A stretch of 41,945 nucleotides of DNA from Candidatus Doudnabacteria bacterium (GTDB lineage: Bacteria; Patescibacteriota; Doudnabacteria; UBA920), in assembly GCA_038249015.1 (NCBI GenBank), contig JBBRWU010000001.1:1-41945 (forward strand), written 5' to 3'. Positions 1-8,058 of this stretch are shown here, in pieces; position 1 is the stretch's first letter, and each line of letters opens with the position of its first letter. The position numbers and the translations under genes were made by a program. The notes under the pieces were generated by a model that saw nothing but the letters and a program-made list of their open reading frames with translations, was not told where the DNA came from and did not search any database.

Positions 1-195
1 AATTATCGCTTTGGGAAATTTTTTAGCCGTGGCTTTGGCTTTGCCAAGCGCTAAAAATACCACCTGTTGCTCATGAGTTAAGTTCTTTTGCAAAATCTCT
101 TCATAACCGGAATCGGCAACTTGAAACTTAATCCCAAAAAGTTTAAACATTTCCCGGCGTCTGGACGAAACCGAAGCTAAAATAATTTGTTTCAT
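1..195 (-). CDS. maf: Maf-like nucleoside triphosphate pyrophosphatase, N-terminal part (gene runs off the window start)
   Basis: ATG is the complement of 193-195. The translation MKQIILASVSSRRREMFKLFGIKFQVADSGYEE...LALGKAKA matches the Maf N-terminal signature (LAS.S.RR..L, KA). Confidence 0.7.
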   Translation of the reverse strand, partial: MKQIILASVSSRRREMFKLFGIKFQVADSGYEEILQKNLTHEQQVVFLALGKAKATAKKFPKAII

Positions 196-199
196 AAAT

Positions 200-360
200 A
201 AAGGTTCCTCGGAGTAGAGCTCCGAGGTATTACTGCAGGAAATGCTACTCTTTCGCAGTCCGCCTAGGGCGGACGAGGTATTGAACCTGTATTTCCGCCA
301 GAGGCGGATCCGCCTCTGGCGGAAGCTCAACAACCTCGGCTCGCTCGGCCATAAATGGTC
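200..360. repeat. Cluster of GC-rich palindromic mini-elements in an intergenic region
   Basis: Hairpins seen: cctcggagtagagctccgagg, ccgcctagggcgg, and the 32-nt perfect palindrome ttccgccagaggcggatccgcctctggcggaa (293-324). Related words recur inside genes elsewhere in the window. Confidence 0.75.
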
Positions 361-431
361 GGACTCGCTCTACGTCACTAATAAAGTATAATCCTAAATA
401 TATTCGTTAGCAAATAATTACCAAACACTTC

Positions 432-473
432 AGTTGTTGAAAAAAGTTACAAATGTAACTTTTTTCAACAACT
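432..473. repeat. Perfect 19-bp-stem palindrome (terminator-like); a degenerate copy lies at 1179-1218
   Basis: agttgttgaaaaaagttac / aaat / gtaacttttttcaacaact. The right arm gtaacttttttcaacaac is repeated exactly at 1201-1218, upstream of the same gene. Confidence 0.7.
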
Positions 474-475
474 TT

Positions 476-1177
476 CTAAATCAGCTTTATCTTTTTAAAA
501 TAACTTGTAATCTTTTCTTCATCCTGCATATCCATACGGCTTATTTCCATTACGGTTATGAACCTGCCGATCAAATAATAATTGGCTATATACTCAACTT
601 CTTTAGCGGGGTTATGAGGATATATCCATAAAGTTCGCTGTAACGGACAAAAACCCATTTGTTTAACTTTTTTTCGGAATAAATCGGCCGCTTGCCTATA
701 ATCTTTTGTGGGAATATCAGCCGCAACCAGCCACCATTTTTTATCCCATTGTTCCGGCTTTTTTACACAACAGGCATTAATATTTATTCTTTCCAGGCGT
801 TTTTTGCCCAGTCCGGTCAAAAAGACTTTTATCCCCTTTTTGTCTGTGCGGAACTTAATAAATCCGCTTTTTTTAAGATAGTAAAATACCTGCGCAGTTT
901 TAATTTCTTTTTGCCTTTTAGAAGCGTGCCTCCCTTTTTTCAAAAAAAGCTTGTCTACGACTGTTAATAAGTTGGGAGCAATAAGCGCCACCGAAACTAT
1001 GCCGGCCACGGCAATTAGGCCTAATGCTATTTCGGACAGCCTGGTTAAATTTTGCAGTTGTTTTTCGGACAAAAAATCATCCGGCTTATCAACATTGGCC
1101 AATTTAATAGCAGACCCTACGGTTAAGGGATTAGTAAATACACTGCATTTCATATTTTCATCTCTTTGCTTTTTCAT
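476..1177 (-). CDS. Membrane-anchored PaaX-like / Cas2-fold-like putative regulator
   Basis: 233-aa ORF with a central TM helix (LIAVAGIVSVALIAPNLL). The C-terminal WWLVAADIP...LFRKKVKQMGFCPLQRTLWIYP pattern resembles PaaX-family proteins, which are common in CPR genomes. Confidence 0.45.
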   Translation of the reverse strand: MKKQRDENMKCSVFTNPLTVGSAIKLANVDKPDDFLSEKQLQNLTRLSEIALGLIAVAGIVSVALIAPNLLTVVDKLFLKKGRHASKRQKEIKTAQVFYYLKKSGFIKFRTDKKGIKVFLTGLGKKRLERININACCVKKPEQWDKKWWLVAADIPTKDYRQAADLFRKKVKQMGFCPLQRTLWIYPHNPAKEVEYIANYYLIGRFITVMEISRMDMQDEEKITSYFKKIKLI

Positions 1178-1227
1178 ACTTGTTGAATTTTATTACATTT
1201 GTAACTTTTTTCAACAACAATAATTTT

Positions 1228-1680
1228 TTAGATTTTTTCCGACCACGGATTCAAATTTGCGCCAATATTCATAACCAGGGCTATTAGCACCAAATTTTTA
1301 ATCATATACTGGCCTTCCAACGTGGGAGTTAAAAACCCTTGCCAGGCCACATCGGGTAAAAATACCAAGGGCATAAAAGTTGTCACCATATGTAAGGCAA
1401 ACAACAAAATTGTTAGGCGATCAAATTTGGAAAATAAAAATAAAATGCCAATAAGCATTTCATACAGACTAAAAAAGATAATAAACTGGTGAAAGGTTAA
1501 AAAAGGTAAAGTCTTTTCCTGGAGTTGCATAACCAACGGATTGGCCGGACTGGTGTCCAAAATTTTAAGTATACCGAACCAAAAATAAACAACAAACAGC
1601 GCAAATCTTGCAAAATACTGTGAAGCCCCCTGCGTACGGCGAATTATTGTATAATCTATGTCTTTTATTTTAGGATACAT
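1228..1680 (-). CDS. Small integral membrane protein (about 4 TM), function unknown
   Basis: 150-aa ORF with several hydrophobic helices and no recognisable catalytic motif. Confidence 0.55.
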   Translation of the reverse strand: MYPKIKDIDYTIIRRTQGASQYFARFALFVVYFWFGILKILDTSPANPLVMQLQEKTLPFLTFHQFIIFFSLYEMLIGILFLFSKFDRLTILLFALHMVTTFMPLVFLPDVAWQGFLTPTLEGQYMIKNLVLIALVMNIGANLNPWSEKI

Positions 1681-1782
1681 AAATTTTTATGTTACCTGAT
1701 AATTATAGCAAAAATTTTACAATAATGCAGTTTTAATTTTCCGCAATATCTGCTAAACTATCTTAAAGTACAATAAATACTG

Positions 1783-1856
1783 CGGGCTGTAGTATATCGG
1801 TCGTACGCATGCATGGGGTGCATGTAGGCCGGGTTCAATTCCCGGCAGCCCGACCA
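1783..1856 (+). tRNA. tRNA-Pro (anticodon GGG), CCA encoded
   Basis: Cloverleaf folded by hand. Acceptor cgggctg/cagcccg, D stem gtat/gtac, anticodon stem catgc/gcatg with loop atGGGgt (G37), T arm ccggg-ttcaatt-cccgg, discriminator A plus CCA. Confidence 0.85.
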
Positions 1857-1861
1857 AAAAA

Positions 1862-1888
1862 AATAGCACTTGATGTGCTGTTTTTTTA
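1862..1888. terminator. Bidirectional hairpin terminator after tRNA-Pro
   Basis: Hairpin agcac-ttgat-gtgct, flanked by an A-run upstream and a T-run downstream. Confidence 0.6.
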
Positions 1889-1983
1889 CAAAGACCTCTG
1901 GAGTTATTTTTGCAAAATTGTAAAAAATTAACAATAACGATATTGCGAAAAAACAAATTTAAAAGCCACCACACCTAACGTTG

Positions 1984-2073
1984 TTATTTTTTGCTTTTGG
2001 CAATAACTGTCGGCAATGCCAGTAAAATAATACATAGCGCCAGAATTGCCAAAGTCAGATAAGCTATTAGCAT
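1984..2073 (-). CDS. Candidate 29-aa hydrophobic peptide (MLIAYLTLAILALCIILLALPTVIAKSKK)
   Basis: ATG is preceded by aaagaaagggtaatt (SD-like). It encodes a single TM helix with a basic tail. It lies downstream of the promoter at 2305-2332. It is below the ORF-track length cutoff. Confidence 0.3.
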   Translation of the reverse strand: MLIAYLTLAILALCIILLALPTVIAKSKK

Positions 2074-2304
2074 AATTACCCTTTCTTTATTTCTTTTCTA
2101 CCAGCCAAAGGCTGGTTGATAATAATATTACAGACGCGCAAATCCCAAACTTGCGGGGAATAAACGGAATTAATCAAGCAAAGCGGGCAAAACCACGGAA
2201 GCAATTTCCACAACTCCTAAATCCGCGGAAATATCCGAGAGCTTATCCAGTTGTCCGTCCGATAGCCTCATATTTAATAACGCATTTTAATCTCACAAAA
2301 TAAT

Positions 2305-2332
2305 AATATACCTGAAATGATGCTGATGTCAA
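2305..2332 (-). promoter_or_regulatory. Sigma70-like promoter, TTGACA-16 nt-TATATT
   Basis: On the minus strand, TTGACA is at 2332-2327 and TATATT at 2310-2305. It sits immediately after the long hairpin at 2350-2408. Confidence 0.45.
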
Positions 2333-2344
2333 ACTGAAAAATGA

Positions 2345-3052
2345 ACAACCCCAGGCAGTTTTTCGTGATTTCGGATCCGTGATCCTACGTCAACTAACTG
2401 CCTGGGGGGGGGAGGGGTAGTGTCTAAACTTTAGACACTAGTGATCGGATGGGAGCGCTTAGAACAGCGCTACAGTTAAATGCGGTTGGAACAACACGCA
2501 GGTAACATCCCTTTTTAAGGGAACCATCCAATTTGGATGGGGTTATATAGGTACCGGCCAGACGATTCTGACCATGAATGTGGCATTTAAAATATAAATG
2601 CACCACATTCACCAAGACTTCTTCCTGACATTGCCATAGGGTTGTTAATTCCTACGGTTATCAGGACGCTTGATTCCCATTTTTGCCCAGCTGTTGCTAG
2701 ACAAAAACCCCAAGTTGAGAGGGCAGGTAGGAGCATAGAGCCCCAAACTTTTGGCAGGTCCGCCAATTGTTCGGGGAAGCCCCGTCTGCCCGTAACTTTT
2801 GCAAGTATATACTCGCAGAAATGCATCAATTTTTCTTAATTCACTATTTAAAATTGATTCACTTCTTCAAGCATAACCCGCAAAAAACCCCCGCATCTTT
2901 AGGGGTTTGGTTTTAACTGTAAGTTTTTTCCTGTGTTATTCGTATACCAAACCCCTAGTTTTTACTACCCAAACCAAGTCCTTTACAAAAAGGACCGTGA
3001 GAGTAATAACGGAGTTGTGGCGGATGCTATTCATTTATAAATATATTAGATT
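2345..3052 (-). ncRNA. Candidate unclassified structured RNA locus, bounded by a promoter and hairpin terminators
   Basis: No credible ORF. GC is locally higher than in the surrounding spacers. Many hairpins are present (2419-2441 perfect palindrome, tccctttttaaggga, ccatccaatttggatgg, a 16-bp stem around 2575-2612). A terminator-like stem plus T-run lies at 2885-2912, and a 12-bp stem (ccccaggcagtt/aactgcctgggg) followed by T-rich sequence lies at 2350-2408. Confidence 0.35.
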
Positions 3053-3058
3053 ACTGGT

Positions 3059-3087
3059 ACTATAAAGGTTTTTAAAAAAACTGTCAA
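3059..3087 (-). promoter_or_regulatory. Near-consensus sigma70 promoter, TTGACA-17 nt-TATAGT
   Basis: On the minus strand, TTGACA is at 3087-3082 and TATAGT at 3064-3059. It points into the ORF-free region. Confidence 0.5.
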
Positions 3088-3192
3088 GCAAAGTTTTCCA
3101 CAATTTTCTACCAAATACGAAAAGGGCGAAATACGAAACTGAAGAATTTAAGGTTTAGTAGATTAATATTTTTTAGTATTTAGCAGAAAATT

Positions 3193-4170
3193 TTAAACGG
3201 TAAGGTATCCTACCCCATCATTATTTTGTTCCGCTGCCATTTTGTGAACAAGATCGGAAAGTTCTTCGTCGCTAAAAAATTCAATGGTAATTTTACCGCC
3301 CTGGCCTTGGCGCTGAATCTTTACCTGAGTGCCCAGTTTCCCCCGCAGTTCGGTTTCCAAAGCCATAAGCTTGGGGTCCGGCGCAGCGGAATCCATTTGG
3401 CGCTTAGAGGTCAATTCTCTGACTTTAGCTTCCACCTGACGAACATTTAAATTCTGTTCCTGCACCATTTTGTACATCAACAACATTTTTTCCGGGTCAA
3501 GCAAACCGAGTAGTGCCCGCGCGTGACCTTCCATAATTTTACTTTCAATTACCCCGCGCTGAATTTCCGCCGGTAAATTTAACAAACGCACGGTATTGGC
3601 CACTGCCGGGCGACTTTTCCCCACCTTTTTGGCTACCTGCTCCTGCGTCATATTGAACGTTTTCATTAAACGTTCGTATGCTTGGGCTTCTTCAATAGGG
3701 TTTAATTCCTGACGCTGAATATTTTCAATTAAAGCCACTTCCAGTTTAGTCTGGTCAACCATGGCTTCTTTAATAATCGCCGGAACCAAAAGCAAGCCGG
3801 CTAATTGGGAAGCGCGAAAACGCCTTTCCCCCACCACCAATTCATAGCCGATTGGGGTTTTGGTAACTACGAGTGGCTGAATAACACCGTGCTCTTTTAT
3901 GGAATCGGCCAGCTCTTTTAATGCATTGGGATCAAAAGTTTTTCTGGGTTGATAAGGATTTGGAGCGATTTTGGACACTTCAATTTCCTGAATCTGAGCA
4001 TCCGCATAAGAAATCCTATCCGGCTCCATATTGGGGACAACTGCTGAAACCGGCTCGTCTACAACAGCCACCATAGCAGCCGGAGGCACAGGAGGAACAG
4101 GAAGAGCTAAGACAGTTTCATTGCCTAATGTTTGAATAGTAATATTTGGCTGTTGGTTTATTTCGTCCAT
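3193..4170 (-). CDS. parB: Chromosome partitioning protein ParB/Spo0J
   Basis: Carries the VVGERRFRASQLAG ParB box and the HTH segment TQEQVAKKVGKSRPAVANTVRLL. It has a Pro/Val-rich N-terminal extension of about 70 aa. Confidence 0.9.
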   Translation of the reverse strand: MDEINQQPNITIQTLGNETVLALPVPPVPPAAMVAVVDEPVSAVVPNMEPDRISYADAQIQEIEVSKIAPNPYQPRKTFDPNALKELADSIKEHGVIQPLVVTKTPIGYELVVGERRFRASQLAGLLLVPAIIKEAMVDQTKLEVALIENIQRQELNPIEEAQAYERLMKTFNMTQEQVAKKVGKSRPAVANTVRLLNLPAEIQRGVIESKIMEGHARALLGLLDPEKMLLMYKMVQEQNLNVRQVEAKVRELTSKRQMDSAAPDPKLMALETELRGKLGTQVKIQRQGQGGKITIEFFSDEELSDLVHKMAAEQNNDGVGYLTV

Positions 4171-4294
4171 ATTTTTGAATAATTACCTTTGCAGTTTACC
4201 AAATTTAGTAGACCTACGCAAACCGTAGTATTTTTAAACCTTTACTCCGAATTTCTTTTCTGCTAAAATAAATTAGTTTTCATACTAGTTTTAT

Positions 4295-4378
4295 GGCCGA
4301 GTGGCGGAATGGCAGACGCACGCGACTCAAAATCGCGCGAGGAAACTCATGAGGGTTCGACTCCCTCCTTGGCCACCA
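4295..4378 (+). tRNA. tRNA-Leu (anticodon CAA), long variable arm, CCA encoded
   Basis: Acceptor ggccgag/cttggcc, anticodon stem cgcga/tcgcg with loop ctCAAaa, long variable arm, T arm gaggg-ttcgact-ccctc, then A plus CCA. Confidence 0.9.
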
Positions 4379-4382
4379 AAAA

Positions 4383-4410
4383 ATATCACCCATACGGGTG
4401 ATATTTTTTA
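4383..4410. terminator. Bidirectional hairpin terminator
   Basis: Hairpin atatcaccc-atac-gggtgatat followed by a T-run. It lies between tRNA-Leu (+) and the 3' end of the PAP2 gene (-). Confidence 0.6.
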
Positions 4411-4932
4411 TTGGAAAACAATTGGAGCCAGCCAATAAATTACCGCCCAGGCGGACAAAACTCCCAAAACCCAACCAGCTAAAATATCTTTTTCATCATG
4501 GTAGCCCAAAATAATTCTGGCCGGACCGCTCATTAAAACCAAAACCACACTCAACCAACCAATTGTCGGAGAATAGTACATTAATACCGCGGTAATGGAA
4601 GCAAAACTTATAGCGTGGTCGGACGGAAAAGAATTGTGAATAACTTTTTCCCTGGACATTAGCCAGGAATAAATAGTCCTATACTGCAGGCGCTGGTACG
4701 GCCGCGCTTTTTTGTAAACAGTAAAAATCAACGGCGAAACAATATGGCGCGCCAAAACAAAAGCTGAAAGCAATAAAACCACCACTTGCCATTGGTTGAT
4801 GATTATTAGATACAGGCTAATTACAAAAAACGTGAGCACGGAATAAATCCCCCAAAACACCCAAAACCTGCGGAATAATTTATTTTCCGATAGTTTTTGA
4901 TGCCAAGATAAATATTGTTGATCGGTAATCAT
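4408..4932 (-). CDS. PAP2-family membrane phosphatase
   Basis: 174-aa multi-TM protein with KARPY and SFPSDHA motifs, which correspond to PAP2 motifs C1 and C2. Confidence 0.7.
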   Translation of the reverse strand: MITDQQYLSWHQKLSENKLFRRFWVFWGIYSVLTFFVISLYLIIINQWQVVVLLLSAFVLARHIVSPLIFTVYKKARPYQRLQYRTIYSWLMSREKVIHNSFPSDHAISFASITAVLMYYSPTIGWLSVVLVLMSGPARIILGYHDEKDILAGWVLGVLSAWAVIYWLAPIVFQ

Positions 4933-4970
4933 ATTGTTTATTGATGGGCGTCTTCGTTTTTGTTATTTAG

Positions 4971-5009
4971 ACAAGGGTCATCCTTGTGCGACACAAGGAT
5001 GACCCTTGT
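4971..5009. repeat. Perfect 18-bp-stem hairpin between uppP and the PAP2 gene
   Basis: acaagggtcatccttgtg-cga-cacaaggatgacccttgt. Confidence 0.7.
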
Positions 5010-5019
5010 AACTTACAAA

Positions 5020-5829
5020 TTATTTTCGTACAAAATAAACTACCACTATTGCCAAAGTTAAAGCCAGCCGGTACCAGACAAAAATTTTAAAGCCGTGATT
5101 GGATAAATACCGCAATAAAAATTTTATGGACAAAAAACCAAAAATTGCCGCTGTTACAAAACCCACCGCCAATTCCATACTGGTTACACCGGTATGAAAA
5201 TTTTTCACGTTAGCCAAGCCGGCACCAAAAATAATCGGCATAGACATTAAAAAAGAAAATCTGGCTGCGTCTTCACGCTTAAAACCCAAAAACATTCCCG
5301 ATGCCATTGTGCTACCGCTTCTGGATACACCCGGAATTATTGCCAACGCCTGGGACAAACCCACCCAAAGTGCGTCTGTCCACTTTATCCGGTCCAAATT
5401 TTTTGCTTTAGCACCAACCCAGTCCACCCACCAAATTACCAGCCCGAAAATTGATAATGTTCCGGCAATTAATAGCGGATTTCTAAAAACAGTTTCCGCT
5501 TTGCTTTCCAAGAGCTTGCCAATTATGGCTCCCGGTACGGAAGCTAGAATTAATAACCAAGAAAGCTTTTGATAAATATTATTCTGTAAGTCCCGGGAAG
5601 ATTTAAATAAGCTGTGCCAAAAACCTTTTATTATCAGCCACACGTCATTGCGGAAATATACCAACACAGCCAAAAGCGTACCCCAATGAAGCGCCACGTC
5701 AAACCCTAGCCCCGGATCTTTCCAGTTAAAAAACCACGGGGTTAAAATTAAATGCGCCGATGAAGATATTGGTAAAAATTCCCCAAGCCCCTGCACCATT
5801 CCCAAAACTGCGGATTGTAATATTGTCAT
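5020..5829 (-). CDS. uppP: Undecaprenyl-diphosphate phosphatase
   Basis: Carries the GEFLPISSSAHL and PGVSRSGSTM motifs. 269-aa polytopic membrane protein. Confidence 0.9.
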   Translation of the reverse strand: MTILQSAVLGMVQGLGEFLPISSSAHLILTPWFFNWKDPGLGFDVALHWGTLLAVLVYFRNDVWLIIKGFWHSLFKSSRDLQNNIYQKLSWLLILASVPGAIIGKLLESKAETVFRNPLLIAGTLSIFGLVIWWVDWVGAKAKNLDRIKWTDALWVGLSQALAIIPGVSRSGSTMASGMFLGFKREDAARFSFLMSMPIIFGAGLANVKNFHTGVTSMELAVGFVTAAIFGFLSIKFLLRYLSNHGFKIFVWYRLALTLAIVVVYFVRK

Positions 5830-5859
5830 GATTTAATTTATTGATTAGCTGATTTATTT

Positions 5860-5905
5860 ATGAAACATTTCTTTGATACTACGTAGTATCAAAGAAATGT
5901 TTCAT
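5860..5905. repeat. Perfect 46-bp palindrome abutting the glyA stop codon
   Basis: atgaaacatttctttgatactac / gtagtatcaaagaaatgtttcat, with no mismatches. Confidence 0.8.
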
Positions 5906-5906
5906 T

Positions 5907-7157
5907 TTATTCAATTCCTGGAACCAGGAATTTTAAGGCAAATTCTTTAACTTTTTCTTTGACTTGTTTTAACTTGCTCTCATCGTTTCTCTTCATTAAA
6001 GCTTCGTCCATTAGGTCGGCAACGGTTTGCATATCTTTTTCCATACAACCTCGGGTAGTTAAAGCCGGTGTGCCTACTCGAATACCGGAAGGATCCATGG
6101 GTTTTCGCGGATCAAACGGAATCATGTTTTTGTTAATGGAAATACTCACATTCTCCAAACATTTTTCCGCTTCTTTACCGGTAATTTGTTTACTGCCAAA
6201 TAAATCTATCAACATTAAATGGTTATCCGTACCGCCGGAAATAATTCGGTAGCCTTTATTTTGCATTGCCGTAGCTAGCGCTTTAGCATTTAAAATAATT
6301 TGCTTGGCATACTCTTGGAATTCCGGGCGTAGCGCTTCGCCATAAGCTACGGCTTTAGCCGCGTTTATGTGGTCATGGGGGCCACCCTGCACGCCCGGGA
6401 AAACGGCCTTGTCTATGGCCGATGCAAATTTTTCCTTGCACATTATCATAGCACCTCTGGGACCGCGCAAAGTTTTATGTGTGGTGGTAGAAACCACATC
6501 AAAATATGGCACCGGATTTTCCAGCTGTTTGCCGGCAATGAGCCCTGCAATATGGGCAATGTCCGCAAAAGTGTAAGCGCCAATTTTGTCGGCGATTTCT
6601 TTAAATCTTTTCCAGTCCATATCCCGGCTGTAAGCACTAAAGCCCGCCAGAATCATTTTGGGTTTTTCTCTTAATGCAATTTCCTCTACTTCATCCATAT
6701 CTATAATTTCCGTACCTTTTTTTGCAAAATACGGGATTATGGAATATAGTTTGCCGGAAAAATTTAACGGGTGGCCGTGGGACAAATGCCCGCCTTGGTC
6801 TAGCGAAAAACCTAAAACTTTATCACCCGGGTTCAGTAGCCCCATATACACTGCCAAATTCGCCGGACTGCCGGATAGTGGCTGAACGTTAACATGCTCG
6901 GCATCAAACAATTGCTTGGCGCGATCAATTGCCAAACTTTCAACCTGGTCAATAATTTCATTGCCCCCGTAGTATCTTTTTCCCGGATAACCTTCGGAAT
7001 ATTTATTGGTTAAAGTTGAGCCCATAGCCTCGAGCACGGCGCGCGAAACATAATTTTCGCTGGCAATAAGTTCAATCCCCTCTTTTTGCCGTTGTTCTTC
7101 GCGTTTAACAATTTCGTAAACAGCTAAGTCTTCTGCTTGTAAATTTGGATAGTTCAT
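5907..7157 (-). CDS. glyA: Serine hydroxymethyltransferase
   Basis: Contains ELIASENY, GYPGKRYYGG and the PLP-lysine region TTTHKTLRGPRG. 416 aa. Confidence 0.95.
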   Translation of the reverse strand: MNYPNLQAEDLAVYEIVKREEQRQKEGIELIASENYVSRAVLEAMGSTLTNKYSEGYPGKRYYGGNEIIDQVESLAIDRAKQLFDAEHVNVQPLSGSPANLAVYMGLLNPGDKVLGFSLDQGGHLSHGHPLNFSGKLYSIIPYFAKKGTEIIDMDEVEEIALREKPKMILAGFSAYSRDMDWKRFKEIADKIGAYTFADIAHIAGLIAGKQLENPVPYFDVVSTTTHKTLRGPRGAMIMCKEKFASAIDKAVFPGVQGGPHDHINAAKAVAYGEALRPEFQEYAKQIILNAKALATAMQNKGYRIISGGTDNHLMLIDLFGSKQITGKEAEKCLENVSISINKNMIPFDPRKPMDPSGIRVGTPALTTRGCMEKDMQTVADLMDEALMKRNDESKLKQVKEKVKEFALKFLVPGIE

Positions 7158-7248
7158 TGTAGTAGATTTAAGATTTAGGATATAAAATTTAAGCTATACA
7201 ACAAAAAACTACCACTCAAAAATTTGATATTTAATTTGAAAATAATAT

Positions 7249-7434
7249 TTATTCATTTTTTAAATTTTCGTATTTCCGATAGCTTATTAGCGTAGTAAAA
7301 ATTATTTCTAAATCATCGGTCTCCGAAAAATCAACTACGGCCGCTTCGGGCTTGTCCCCGACTGATGTAGCCAAAACCGCAAGGTTTTGATTTTTTATAA
7401 AATCTAATACTTTATTTTTCTGCTCCTGTGTCAT
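7249..7434 (-). pseudogene. Truncated pyridoxamine-5'-phosphate-oxidase-like (FMN-binding split barrel) gene fragment
   Basis: The 61 aa match only the N-terminal part of the family (FIKNQNLAVLATS..DKPEAAVV.F). The ORF stops early and no continuation exists in any frame downstream. Confidence 0.4.
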
Positions 7435-7440
7435 ATTTTA

Positions 7441-7956
7441 TCAGCTTTGTTGATAAATTGTTAATTCTTGCAGTTTTTCAGTTACCTGCCAGTTTGGAAA
7501 ACAGGTTCTATTTGCTATAACAATCGCTCCGGGCTTTAATTCTTTTTGCAGTTTGGTTTCCAATGCCGGCATTAATTCTTTGGGAAGGTATAAAAAAACA
7601 ATGCTGACAGAGGAAACATCGGTTTCAAAAATATTCTCTTTTTTAAAAGCTAGGTTCTTTAAAAATAAACTTCTGGCTTTTGCTAATAAGACTCTGTACC
7701 AACTATTATCAAATCCCTTCACTTGAAGATTTGGCAAGTTTTTGGAGATTTTTATTGCCAAACCACCCCGGCAACTGCCTAAATCATAAAAATTCCCTGT
7801 TTCCAAATGCCGCGCAGCTATTATCCCGGCGATATTTTTAACAACCTTTAAGTCTGTAGTAAAATCCAAACCTCCCAAAGCTCCATCTGTCATAAAAATC
7901 AAAACGCCAACCACAAAAATAAACGAAATCCCTAAAATAATAAAAGCAAAAATCAT
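7441..7956 (-). CDS. Class I SAM-dependent methyltransferase with an N-terminal TM anchor
   Basis: The N-terminal helix is followed by a motif I-like YDLGSCRGGLAI and a post-I acidic residue. 171 aa. Confidence 0.55.
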   Translation of the reverse strand: MIFAFIILGISFIFVVGVLIFMTDGALGGLDFTTDLKVVKNIAGIIAARHLETGNFYDLGSCRGGLAIKISKNLPNLQVKGFDNSWYRVLLAKARSLFLKNLAFKKENIFETDVSSVSIVFLYLPKELMPALETKLQKELKPGAIVIANRTCFPNWQVTEKLQELTIYQQS

Positions 7957-8000
7957 TAAACCAATCTTCTAATCTTTTAATTTTAAATCATTAAATCTAA

Positions 8001-8058
8001 AGCCCGGTCAAACCGGCCCCATAGGCCGATCCCGCCAAGGCGGGATGTTTGACGGGCT
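8001..8058. repeat. GC-rich nested-hairpin element overlapping the 3' end of the MFS gene
   Basis: The outer stem agcccg(g)tcaaac/gtttgacgggct encloses the hairpins cggcc-ccata-ggccg and atcccgcc-aa-ggcgggat. Confidence 0.65.

Noticed and set aside
2424-2839. ORFs 2424-2615 (-), 2587-2829 (-) and 2642-2839 (+) as protein genes
   Set aside because: They are short and mutually overlapping or frame-shifted, rich in Trp/Cys/Arg, and have no SD or recognisable motif. The region is better explained as structured non-coding RNA, or possibly a decayed gene.
2345-3052. Assigning the ORF-free locus to RNase P RNA, tmRNA, SRP RNA or 6S RNA
   Set aside because: The diagnostic motifs are not visible on either strand: GGAAAGTCC and ACAGAA..CGGCTTA for RNase P, a tRNA-like T-loop GGTTCGA plus CCA end for tmRNA, and the GGAA-tetraloop domain IV of SRP. 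It is left unclassified.
1980-3190. Replication origin next to parB
   Set aside because: Only two imperfect DnaA-box-like 9-mers occur here (atttccaca at 2204-2212 and ttttccaca at 3094-3102). There is no cluster, no AT-rich unwinding repeats and no dnaA or dnaN nearby. The single perfect TTATCCACA in the window (40512-40520) is isolated.
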